In this document: in pieces, positions 36,753 to 49,959 of the stretch
Numbering within the stretch: the first letter of the stretch is position 1
How the letters are laid out: each line of letters starts with the position of its first letter
Origin: Syncephalis fuscata S228
Lineage: Eukaryota > Fungi > Zoopagomycota
Direction: 5' to 3'
Assembly (NCBI GenBank): GCA_025786725.1
Contig: JAHLTZ010000003.1
Location: 62,001-126,000 of the forward strand
Length of the DNA stretch: 64,000 nt
Notes under the pieces: model-generated
The model's database searches: none
What the model was told of the DNA's origin: nothing
What the model saw: the letters and a program-made list of their open reading frames with translations, nothing else
Program-made: the position numbers and the translations under genes

Positions 36753-39407
36753 ATGCTGGCGGAACGAGATACCAACCGTGTTAATGAAGAAATGCTTGTG
36801 GCAGTGTCGGCCAATCCTCTAACGGCAAGACATGCTAGCAGTCTACACGACTATGGACATACAAGGGACTCCAGCATGAATATAGACGATGTGGTACAAG
36901 TATCGCGTAATAATGGCAATGAATTCACTTATGCACCAGTAAGTAGTTATGAATGATAATATTTATTACTGTATTAACGGCTATGATAGGGAACATCAAG
37001 CGAGGAAGTTGCTATGTTGGAAGCATTATTGCGTCATACAGCAGCTAACGATGCCACAGTGTCAGCTGTAACGGCAAGTATGACGGCAACAGGTATAACA
37101 ACATCAGCTACGACCACTACCACTACCACTACCACCGCAATAACAACGACTACAGCTAATAACGAGACACACCACCTTGCTCATATGGTAAGAACATTTA
37201 TAGATCAAACAATGTTAATTATATTAAACAATGATTTAAATAGTCACAAGAAGCTGATTTAATAGCATCACCAAACGATTCGGTTCTACATCGTACACAT
37301 GGTTTGTTTAAACTAACAATAGTTGTATATTAATACTCATTTATTTATTGTACAGATGATGGATCATTGACTGATACAATGCATGACGAAGATATGGATC
37401 GACAATGTTATGAGTGTAATGGCGACGACTCTATTAGCGGTAATAAGCTTATGTTCTGTTCTAATTGCAGCCGCAACTTCCATCAACTGTGTCATGATCC
37501 AGTTGTAGATGATGTATGGGCCGAGACAGTAGCTGAATGGCTATGTCACGATTGTATTCAAAAGTATGGTATTCAATTTGATGCAGATGGACAAGAATTG
37601 GAAGATTCACGCGTGACAAGCCATTCGGACCATGATGACCATTCACAGCCTAGTGATTCGGGATTAACACTAGGCGAGGAAACGACCAAGACAAGTAATC
37701 GTCGAATGGAACAGGCAGTATCGGGCATTGGTATTAGCTATGCACAGGTAGGATGGGCTACAATAATGCACTTGCTTGTTTGTTTTACTTATTCAAGTGT
37801 AGAAAAAAAGCTATTTAAATACACTGCCCAAATCAGTACTGGTTGATTTAGTGTTAGCCTGTGATGCAACACATCCAGATATGCCATTATTTCCTGCTTC
37901 ATTACACGTACAAGCAGCTGTTATAGGCGGTGATGGCGTGAACGACTATGATCGTATGGCAGAATGGGCCCACGATGCATCCATGGCGACACCAGTACGG
38001 GCACGTGGTAAAATTGTTGGTAGTGCTGATCGTTTACCTTCGGAAACGACACAGACTGGCAGAGAAACGGTGACAGGCCTCACACCTCGACGAACCTATG
38101 GTAGACGAGCACCACGAAGTGCAGTTGGTCTACCACTTCCTTCGTATGAAGATCTATGCGTTGAGGCAGTACTGGATATGGATAATGAGAATGGCAGTCT
38201 GCCTAAACGGATATTTGAATGGATTGCTTCGTAAGTAATAGTGATTATGCCCTATGTCACATCTATATTAACTACTGTTGATATTAGTAACTATCCGGTG
38301 GCGGCCAATTTCCGTCCTTCATGTTCACAAGCACTTCAACGAGCCTATCGCAAAGGAAAGCTTGATAAACATGGACGAGCATATAAAGTGTCAGACTCAG
38401 AGATGATACACATTAAAGAGTTCCAGGAACGCCAACGACGCTCACGCGAAGAGGCGCAAATGCCAGAAGGAGAGGAAGGAGAGGAAGGAGAAGAAAGAGA
38501 CGCAGTAGAAGGAGAAGAAAACGAAGAAGAGACAGAGCTGATGAATAGTATTGACGGTGTCAAATCAGAAGAGCATAACGACAAATCAATGGCTGGAGTG
38601 GGAAATGATGATACTATTAATGAACCAACTGTAAAACGAGAACGATATATAACTGTATCAGAAGTATCTGATGGTGACGCTTCAATCTTGCCTAATGCAG
38701 CATTTGCCAGTAGTAGTTTAGGAAATAGTCATGACCATGAACATAATGATCATGATGCTGATGTCGATGAAGATATGGATAGTCGTGAAGCAATTGATTT
38801 TGATCAAGTTATAGGTATGGGAATTGATACATCTTTTATTCCTGAGTCAAATGTTGGATTAGAGTCGTTAGAGGCTACTGAAGAGGATACAGCAGCTATT
38901 GTAGCGGCAGTAACTGCTAGTGATATGGATTTGGCCGGTAGTGGCGATAATGGTCATGGTATGGATGAAATTGACATAGACGATTCACATAGTATAATGA
39001 CCTCTGTACTATTGACTGACACACACGATGGGTTGGTTGATGCTAAAGATATGGAATCGGTGGTTGATGTGGAGGTTGATGAAATTGATGAAATGGTCGA
39101 TGTGGGCACAGAAATTGATGTAGATGGCGATGCGGCAGTGTCAGCCCGTACGGCACCGACAAGACACCAGCAACATAGAAATCAGCGAAGGAGAAAACGT
39201 TCTCGACAAGAATCAGAAGCATTGGAAATGATGTCGTCGATTACGGATACGACACGACCGGCACGGCGTCGAACAAGTATCCAAACGGCCACCATTACCA
39301 CCACATCGAATAGTGACGATGAAATTATTTCCGTTGATTATGTAAACGGTCATCCTGTAACACCGAGCATGCTTAATGGCACCACCTACCCATCAGCCGA
39401 TGCGTAG
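36753..39407 (+). CDS. PHD-finger protein (Phf1/Phf2-like) with a linker-histone-like winged-helix domain and long acidic tail
   Basis: The PHD reads CYEC..FCSNCSRNFHQLCHDP..WLCHDC, followed by KKSYLNTLPKSVLVDLVLACDATHPDMPLF. The H15-like part is LPSYEDLCVEAV..NGSLPKRIFEWIASNYP..ALQRAYRKGKL. Confidence 0.8.
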
Positions 39408-39583
39408 CGTATTTCTACATACATTCATATAATACTCATATATTCATCTATACAGCAACTTTTCTTTCCAGTTTTCCCACCTATAGTATTTGCACATTGC
39501 TGTGTTTTCTCTTTTTATGCTTTAGCCGATTCTAGTTAGTTTGTTAAATGATCGATTTAATTTCACATTATTAGCACACGTAT

Positions 39584-39616
<33 letters not shown>

Positions 39617-39799
39617 ATTTGATACGATGTTTTCAAAATCACTTTAGTCTCTTTTTAAAAGCAAATAAATGTGTAGTTACTATTTATTTAATGATAGATC
39701 ACTTTATTATTATAAATTAACGTTTAGCTCTATAGTAAACTACTTGTGTGTTGTATAATCTAAAATGATATGTTTACAGACGTATATTATTAATCATCG

Positions 39800-40882
39800 C
39801 TATTAGTTAATTCTGTAAAAGATGTGTTATCTTTTTGTGATTGGGATGATTTTCCTTCAATGGCACTTTTTGCCGTAGCTATTTGGGAAAGATGAAGAAC
39901 ATTCATAGTTTGTGGACGATGTGATAATGTTGTTGTTTTGTGCATACCATAACAATGGTATACGAGTATGGTAGATACAAGTAACCTAGTAAAAGTGTGC
40001 GTGTATATATATATATGTGTGTGTGTGTGTTATTGCTATATTGTTGTATTTGTTTGTTTGTTTTTACTTACCAATCTGCTACGAAAAATAGCTCTGAAAG
40101 TTTGCCTACTACTTCGACTAAAATACAAATAGCACAGGCAACGTTGCAAAAAGTTACCAAGCACATGGTTTGGATGCCATCCCGTGCTAAATGCTTCCAT
40201 GCTTCAGACCCAAAAACACAATATTGTTGATAGGCTACACGGCTAAAGATGGCCGAAAAGAAGGTATTAATAGGTGTAGCTGCTAAAAACCAATACCAAG
40301 GTAAAAATGGTGGATAGTGAATAACACAGCCATCTTCACCTTCTAGTGTTATGTAACAATAATACATTACAATAAATCCAATGAATTATTGAGGCAGTAA
40401 AAATAGAAAGCCAACTATCAATACCCATCGTTGTCGGCAAAGTGCCAAATAAGCTTTGCGTAATACGATTAAACTGTTGCACATAATGGATACGGTAATG
40501 GCATAGCCGATATACCAGACCATTATTCGGCAATTGATAGTATTTGAAAATATGGCTATACCAAATAATAGACCTGAAAGCATACCAAGCAATGCCGGCA
40601 TCATACAGAAAATACCGAGAAAAATACGTGATTGTTGTATGGCCATTTTACTGGCTAGATAAAAATTACGAGAAAATATAAAAAAAATAATAGTATTCAT
40701 ACAGACTTGCGAGTAAATACCCGTAGTTGAAAGGCGTTAAAGTCTTCTTTGGTCGTTAAATTAATAACAAAATCGACGATTGCCTCTTCACCTTGAGGAT
40801 GTAGGGCAATACCCCATAGCCTAGTAGTATTGGCGGTCCATGCACCATTCGGCTCATAAATATTACGAGTATCTGTAGTCAT
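39800..40882 (-). CDS. Orphan multi-pass (GPCR-like) membrane protein, frameshifted; 3' end approximate
   Basis: WGIALHPQGE precedes ~7 hydrophobic segments with SIMCNSLIVLRKAY, EDGCVIHYPPFLPWYW and AWKHLARDGIQ. A paralogue lies at 56979-57910. Confidence 0.7.
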
Positions 40883-42046
40883 GTAAACTATAATCAAACA
40901 AATAAAACTAGCGCTATTAATAACTATACACGGAAACGATTGTATAAGCAATGATAAAGAGACAAATATAATGAGTGGTAGATATTGTACTTAAAAATGC
41001 AATATAATAAAAGAGAATCTGTTGCTTTCCATTAGTTATACTTACTGGTTTGTCTTACATTGTGTAGCTAATATGCAGCTGAAGCATGGTTGGTTATAAC
41101 AGCTAGCAGATTTACATATAGTATAGGCCTAGCGTTATGCACTCTACCGGTTACCAAGGCCTAGAATTACCTCATCTGAGCCTGTTATCTGTCATGTCGT
41201 CTGCGGTAAGTCCACCACTAAAATTAGTATATGTAATTTTATCGATTATTTTTTTACGGTAAAGCTAAGTAATATAGATAGTAAATTACATAAATAGCAT
41301 AATATATATTGAATATCACACTGAACTATTAAAATGTATTTAATGTAAATAACAATTAGCCAATGAACGTACATGCAAATAATTAATGATCAACTAAAAG
41401 TGTAGATGAAGCAATATAGGTAGCTGCACTTATCACTACGATGCATTAAAATTAATGTGACTACGAATACTGTTTGTTCCAACATTGTGATAACTAATAT
41501 TAAAAAACTATATATATATATATAAGTTCTTGCAAGTAAATATAATAGCAAAAACTGTGTATCAAAGTAAAAGCAATACTATTTTAATATATATTGAATT
41601 AATGGTTTTTACTATAAAGATGAAAAGTGACAATACTACTGCGTATTCAGCAATGATGCCCAATTATTATTTATGATTATATTATTGATTCTAATATTGC
41701 GACTATCAAAAACCGGTTATACGAATTACACTAATAAACCAATAAATGACCATATTAAATACTATTTTTTAAAATATTACTATTTACATAGCAAACTAAA
41801 TTTATAAGAATGTAAAGTATAAAACAGCAATCCAATGTATACAATCATAGACTTGTTAGTATAAACCATATTAGGAAAGCATCAATCTGATTGAATCAAA
41901 CTATTTTCTAATTTGATCAAAAATAACGCGGTTATTTTCGTTTGTTTTTGCAATAATGGCGTCTACTTTTACTTGCTCATTTATAGTAATTAGCCACTGT
42001 AACAGCAACATAGTATTTTATAGCTTTATTCTTTATTCATTACAAC

Positions 42047-44949
42047 ATGCCACCTTGGCCAAATACGTCTCACGAGACACCAATACTTACCAAGAATGCT
42101 GCTGCTACTGACTGTAGGGCATTACCGCAAAGTGTAGCCGGTGCACTATCCTATTCACCCTTAACTACACTTACTTCCGCGTTAGCTGACGGTAAATAAC
42201 ATTCCCGAGTTATATCAGTATATAATTATTTAATTAATTGTATATTTTTATTTAGTATTGCCTAATATTCCAGACGGAGAAATACGTTCTTTATTAGAGG
42301 AGAAGGAGAAGGAGGAAGAAGATAACACAGATACTAATACTGAACTGGATACTCCACTAACACATCATATCTAACTGATCTTATTGCTCAGGTTAAGCTG
42401 GTTGATATTCATACAATGTACGTAATCATAACACTAACCATTATAAACTATTACTTATATATATATATAGCCAAGTTAAAGCACTACCATCTACTCGACC
42501 AGATCCATCAGTATTAATATCCACAGATTTACCCAATTCATTGCCCAATCGATCAGATCATCTACAGTTTCTAATAGATCGATTACCTTCAATTGTACCA
42601 GTTTCATTTGACGGTTTAAATGAACATAATGATGATGAGTCATGGCAAATGAAGCACCACTTACTTGGATTCATCAGTGGTGCCATATAAATGATAAATC
42701 TACTCTAATGGATATTCATGAGTCTACAGCTGCATCGAATATCATGAATATTACAACAACAACAACAGATCAAAAAGTAGATCAAACAGATATAATATTG
42801 AATTTACCGATTAAACAAGTAGAATAATATCTCATGATTATGCATCCGAACCGGCAATTCAACAAGGTAAATGATAGATTATAATATAAATATAAAATAC
42901 AAACTATTAATTAACTATTAAATATTAGCTATTCAGAAATTACACCAATTTTTACAACAACTATTTAAAAGTCAAGATGCTCTTGACACAGCCCCATTAA
43001 CATTAACTACTACACCAATACCAATGACTGGTGATATATCTACATTGTTTACTCCCGAGGGTTTAGGGGATCAACAACAACAATGGATACTTTCACCTTC
43101 AAGTGTACAGCAGTTATTCTATTTGTGTGGTGCACCTGCTGCTGCCACTACTGCAGTATCAGCTGCTGATATGACAGCCTATAGTCAAATGTTTATTCAT
43201 TATCCTACTGTATCTGATCTATGTCGATTAGAGCATTTACTAGAACGGGTTGTTCAAATGGGCGAAACTTGTAGCTTAATGTTACTTGAATCAATGGGAA
43301 CTGCCACTGACTATTCAACTACATTAGATCGTATTTCTATAGCAGTACAGGCTACTCGATGTGTTTTGGCAATTATGACAAGTAGTGGTTCAGCACTAAA
43401 TCCTCGAGTATGTAGTTATTATTTTAATATTCAATTATATACGTACTAATTGACTAATCCATGGCGATGACGATTAGCTATATCCCGAGGAATTGATTCT
43501 TTGTATGTTGCGATTAATTCGACTTGTTCAGCGTTTATCTTTATCTGAACTATTTCTTTCAGGTATTATCTATTAGAGTGACAGTAATAGCAATGGCATA
43601 TTAACTGATAGTATTATAAGGCTTAAATGAAGACCACAACAATGATAGTAATAATAGCAAATGGTCTTCTTTAATAATATCCACGGGACAGTGTATTAGA
43701 GGAGTTGAAAGACTTGTACACCAACAAGATATGACAGAACAAGTTATTATTCTATCAAGTTATACTGCTCTATCGTCATTATTTGAATCTAGTAGTACAT
43801 ATTTGTCACTTCCATCACTTGAGCTGTTATGTACTGTAAGTTATTAATATAGTATATTAGTTAGTATCTAGTCCAACACACTACATGAATAGATATTTCA
43901 TCGTTATGCAACACAACGACAATGGCTACTTGATGAGGTCTTTCAAATGCTACCTTAGAACAGACATCATCTAATGAATCATCTGTTAATAATCATATGT
44001 ATTTGTAAGTGTCATTGCTATTATTAATATTGTTTAATAATACTATACTATTATAATTATAGCCTATCAAAAGATTTGTCAATTTATCGACTATCTGTAT
44101 TATTGTTACGATTTATTCAAAGTAACTCTAATGATAATATTAGTAATGAACAAGAGCCATCATTAACCAATACAGCAATCGATAATATTACTGAATTGAT
44201 GGCACAAGTAAGTATATAATAGTTTAGTAGTGACTGAATTAATTATAATACAAATAATCAATGATTATTAGCTTGATGAACAAAGTCAGCGACAACTTCA
44301 AACAACAATGCAGTATGCAACGTGGTGTATACAACATTTACTACAACGGTAATTTATAATTAATAATAAGTATCAATATACTAATATATATATATATATA
44401 TATATATATAACTATTATAGAGACTCAGATAATTTATATCAACATTTATAACAGATTTATTCAAGGTTCTACATTTACCTGAATGGCCTGGTGCTCATGT
44501 AACACTACTTGTACTAAGTAAACAACTTGTAAGTATATTTTTGGCATTATTGACACTATAAATAATAAATATGGTCATCAGAATCAACTATGGCTAGGAG
44601 AAGTTGTGAGTGATAACAGAGAAGATAGCAAGCGTACTATAGATAGAAAACGCAATAAGAACATGATCAACGTCGAGGTATGGCTCTTGAACAATTAACG
44701 CGTATTTATGTCCATTTATACGCAAATGACAAGAAATTGAAAGAAGATACCATATCATTTGATCAAATACAGGTAAATACATTAACAAGTAAATTGAAAT
44801 AATATTAATAATCTAATTAATAAATGACAGTTAACACTTAATCAAGTAATTCATTATCAGCGACAATTACTTGATTATTATTATTATCATTATTACCAAG
44901 ATCAAAATCAATATTCTGATCAGTACTTAAAGGTATTTAACCGATTTAC

Positions 44950-44983
<34 letters not shown>

Positions 44984-47900
44984 CTAATATTTATTAATAA
45001 TAGTCTTTGGGCTATTTATTTACAAGTCAACACTATCTTTATTTAAAACCATATATACATTCATGTATATTGCACAACTCTACAAATACTTCTTCTTCCT
45101 CACAATTAGATGAATTGTTGTATTTAGTGTTACGTCCTTTAAAACAGGTACTTTTTAATACATATATTACAGATAGAACAGCATCGTTGTAAGTGATTGT
45201 ATAATAATATTTAAAACAATCCATAGAACTAGTATAATTAGAGATATCGAGTTACAATTACAATCATGGGCTCAATTAACTAAATACTGGTATCAATGGA
45301 ATGCATCACTATTTCACGTTAATTCACTGTCCTTTCCAGCAGATTCAACGAATAGTCCTAATTTACGTATTCGAGGATTAAAAGCCATTTCAACTTTATT
45401 ATTAACAACTACGCGGGATCATCCATTGGTAAGATGATGAATTAGTAGTGTGGTATATATTAATAGTATTTCTAAATATTTTATATACTTAGTGGTCTAG
45501 TTGGTTGGATATGGTTACAAGTAGCTTAGAAGATCCGATATCTGTTAGTATACGTGATACGGCATTAGGTATTATTGGACAGTTATGTTTAAGCTGCAAT
45601 GAAGCAACATTGTTTAAGCAGTGCTATCCACTTATACAAGCACGTGTTATGGTAAGTATTAGTATGGGTATACTTGCTTATTATTAACTATGCATCTAGG
45701 ATATTGGTGTATCAGTTAGAAAGCATGCCATTCGAATATTAAAAGATATTTACGATCAAGTTGATGATCAGGCAATTAAAATTGCTATTACGCAATGTTT
45801 ACTTGATAGAATAGAAGATGTAGATTCAACTATTATGGTAATTATGATTATAATAGTGCATTGGTAGTATTACTGATTACCATTGTATTTATATCATTAT
45901 TATAGAAATTAAGTCTACAACAATTACAATGGTTATGGCTGTCTGAACTATCGGGATCTACATTTACAATGATGCAACAACAACAACAACAGTATTCTGG
46001 ATACTATTCACTGCCTATTAAAGATTTGACAATTCTATCGGAACGCTTAACTATTCTGGGTCAAGTAATGGTTCAATGTCCTATTTCATATCGATATCGT
46101 GTATCAAAAGTATTTGAAAAGGTACATATATATATATATATTAAATATATTGTTTTTTATTTATTCAATAATTAGGCACTAGAAACTGCAACCAAAGGTA
46201 GAAACAAAAAGGAAAAGTTACAGCTATGTCAATGGTATATTACATGGTATATAGAACATTTATCAAGCACAGCAACAAATCATGAAGTATGTTAAATATA
46301 TTAGTAGTAATAATAATAATAATAATAGTTTAATCAATATAATACTATTAGCCAGTATCAACGGGATATGATCTTGTTTTGGTGCAATTAAGTCAAGTAG
46401 TACCGGAACTGTTCATCTATCATATACCAAGTTTATGTTTATACTTATCATCTGCAACTGCTCAAGTAGGTTGATGTAGTACTATACAATAATATTTACT
46501 AAAGACTATTGATATAGGAATATGATTTACTTGAATCGATTATTCGAATTATCCAATCAGTATTGCCATCAATACGACAACAAGTGGATCCAACGCTTAT
46601 GACAAAGTTACAATCAGATCTAATGAGCTTACTGTTAAAAGGATCTCAATCAGTAAGTAATATTAACAATTTATTAGATCAACTATTTATACATTATAGA
46701 TTATTGAATTAATTGTGCCATGTCTATGCATGATGGTGGCACGATTTACGCAACGATATGAACAAATAATACGATTGTGGATGGCATCTATTAGTTAGTA
46801 TTAACAACGTTAAATTAATATGTAGTAATGACTGCTAATTAACGAATAGAACGTATTAGTGAAGAAGAAGCAAGATATCAACAAACGGGTGCATTCCAGT
46901 CATTACGGAATGTTTTAAGACTATTACTCATCATTGGATTAGTATGTCTTCATTATCGCTATCGTAATAATGGACAGTTAATAGGTAAATAATAGTAGTT
47001 TGTAGATTATTACATTTAATAATATGTAAATTAATATTATTGCAAAATAGAAGCAGCAAATCAAGTAAGTTGTAATAAATGAATTGAAACTATTGGTACT
47101 TATATTTGGATTTGGATTTTATTAGCTTAAGTGAGACAACGGTCCGTAGGACCTAACCGCGCATTTGCAGCATTTGTCTGCCACCCCTAGGAGAATAGAC
47201 GGTTCATTTCGAACCTATCCGCGCGCAACGCAGAACCTGCCATCTACAACTGAAAACCGTTGGTGGCTCTCCTCACGTGTTGGAATATCGACCATTTCTT
47301 CTACGGAAGGATCCCATCACGCATTTCCTGAAAACAAGATTCGAACTAGGCGAACCAACATTTCCTACTTTAGGGAAGACGCGTTGACCGTTTAGGCCAC
47401 CACGCCTCCCTATTGGTACTTATATTTATTTTTAGTATAAGTCGTTAAGAGACAAAACATTCAATTTGGTGGTTCAGTTTATTGATCCACAGTATGATTC
47501 AATAATACAAACATATGCCCTTAAAAGTATGAGTAAGTATAGTGTACTAATTGGTAATAATGATACTAATTAAATATTAGGCTATTTATATCAAGCAAAT
47601 CCTGCCTGGTTAATGGATGAGAAGAGTACACAAATTATTCGTCGTATTTTGGCTATGGATAATGAACAAGTAATGGTACGACTACAATTAATGAAAGTAT
47701 TTGGTTCTCTATTACTACATGAATCATCAGCAACACCGGCAGATCAAGGTTAGTTACAATTTAAATGGTCATAATAGACAATAAATAACAAGATAATTAG
47801 AGGATAAAAATCAAGCTAATAGCCATAAGTTGAATGTAGAATTTATAGATGAAGGGTAATAAAATAGTAAATACAATTTCTACCACTAATATAACTACAA

Positions 47901-49536
47901 TGTTGATTAGATTAGGACCAGGATTGGTGCACACTTATATAGATTCAATACTTGAGACATCACTTAATCAGCACCCATTATTACACGAAACAGCATTTGA
48001 CGTGGTGCGATATGCACTACAACAAGGAGTTATACATCCGTTAAAAGTATGTATATGTGACATATTTATATAATAGAATGATTGCTTACATTGTATACAG
48101 TGTATGTCTGTTGTAGTGGCTGTAATGGCCAGTCCATACGAGCGTGTCCGTCAACGTGCCATCAGTTTGTTTGAAGCAATGGATAGTCGATATGCGTCAT
48201 TTCTCTATCAGAGAATGGCCGAATATCTTGATACACTATTTAATTACCGACACCAATGTTACTCGGCGCTAAAAAGAGAGCATTGTGAAATGATGGGCGT
48301 GTTTGGACCTGAAGAAGCCAACAGTGGACATGGACCAGAACCAATACTTGCCTCTTTGTATCGGTTTGTTCGATTGAAGAAGCCACGGTATACGCAATTT
48401 ATTAAAATAATGCTGCAACAGCAACAACGATTAAAGTTTGATAACAATAACTCAATTCCATTTAATATGGAACAAGTAAGTTTAAAGAAGAATATAAAGA
48501 ATGGGGTAATAGAATTTAAATCTAGATTAATTTGGACTATGGACAATTTGTGGCTATTCAATTGGCTACATTGGCTTATCAAACTGTCGATGAAGTAATA
48601 ACTGTGGTTAATACAATTAATGAATTAATAACCGAACAAGGAGCGGATCTTCTGGATCAATGTAGCCGTATTTTGGATAGAAATAAGGGTAGGCCATAGA
48701 TGAATATAAATATAATTGTGTAGATAATTTATAATTACGTAATTTATTAGTGATAAGTGAAGGAAATGCTAGAGCCTATTTGTGCTATAGTAGCATTCTT
48801 TATGCCAAAAAGTATATTTATACGCGATTTTGTTTAAAGTAAGCAGTAAAGAGTACTCTAAATAGCATACTAATGTGATTATAATAAGGGATAAATAACA
48901 TTTGAACAACTTTTACGTAATAGTCATCGTATGATTGCTCCATTTACATGGCATGGCCTTTTACTTGATTTTGATACTGATAAACAGAGACAACAGCAAG
49001 GATTGCAGGTAATTGATGAATAGTCTGTATTAATATTTGTCTATTATAACTAACTATGCATTGCAGTTTCAACAACTCATGGAACAAGATATTGGTTTAG
49101 CAGCAGGATTTAAACGTTTATCACTAATATCACAATCAAAAAAGCCGAGTAACGTGGTATCCACGAGTAAAAAGCAAGAGTCAGCAACTAAGGATGCAAT
49201 GGACATTGACAATGATAAAAAGAAGAAGAATCGACAAAAATCATCTTTTCGTCCATTTAATAAAATAGCAAGAAAAACAAGAGATTTATCACATTCTGAG
49301 ACCGAAGAAGGCGAAGATGGTACTGAGAAAGATGATAATACTGAGGAAGAAGACGAGGAAGAAGAAGAAGAAGAAGAAGAAGAAGAAGAAGAAGAAGAAG
49401 AAGATAGTGATAGCGATGTACCTATTGCTGAATTGATGAAATCAGCTCAAAAAGAAGATACTGATGCTGATAGTGATGTGATAGTGATGTACCTATTGCT
49501 GAATTGATGAAATCAGCTCAAAAGTCGCGTGTATAA
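42047..49536 (+). CDS. SCC2: Cohesin loader subunit Scc2/NIPBL (Mis4), many exons, several frameshifts
   Basis: Motifs include N-terminal ALSYSPLTT, LHLPEWPGA, SPNLRIRGLKAI, VSIRDTALGIIG, RVMDIGVSVRKHAIRILKDIY and ALQQGVIHPLKC, with an acidic tail. Confidence 0.9.
47090..47427 (-). mobile_element. tRNA-derived SINE, ~300 bp, with 18 bp target-site duplication, antisense in an Scc2 intron
   Basis: The TSD CTATTGGTACTTATATTT occurs at 47090-47107 and 47410-47427. The minus strand has an A box TGGCCTAAACGG, a B box AGTTCGAATC, a 3' hairpin GGTCC-TAC-GGACC and a (TCCAAA)n tail. A second copy lies at 55679-55980. Confidence 0.88.
49358..49403 (+). repeat. (GAA)n microsatellite encoding poly-Glu
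   Basis: An uninterrupted GAA run lies in the last Scc2 exon. Confidence 0.95.
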
Positions 49537-49959
49537 ATAAATATTGTTACGGATTGAAAGTTTAACTGACCACTAGCTTTAAAAAGTCATAGATTTGTTT
49601 GTGAACTTCGTATATTGCAATGATATTTTTTGTCAATACTAACTAGAACTCAAAATGCTGTAGTTCAAACAACACAGGTTTCTAATAACATACATTAAGA
49701 ATGATTTGCAATTTACTGCTTTTATAATAAAATAAGTAATTACAAATATATCAATTGATAGCATTTGTTTACATTATGCAAAAGAATACAGCATTGTTTA
49801 ATTTAAAAATTTATTCAATGTTTAACATACTTTTACAGTTTAAATATATTATCAGAATTTACTCTTTGACATTTAGTAATAAATAATATAAATGCAGCTA
49901 TAAACACTTTATTTATCAAGATACATTTAAATATTGACTTCACTTAAATTCGCAATACT

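Noticed and set aside
39585-39616. (TA)n microsatellites here and at ~17668, ~44385 and ~54498
   Set aside because: These are ordinary simple repeats in an AT-rich genome.
47165-47395. 76 aa ORF inside the Scc2 intron
   Set aside because: It is an antisense reading of the SINE with a TTG start, and it is not preserved in copy 2.
47330-47410. Functional tRNA gene
   Set aside because: A and B boxes are present, but there is no acceptor-stem 3' strand or clean cloverleaf. It is embedded in a TSD-flanked repeated element.
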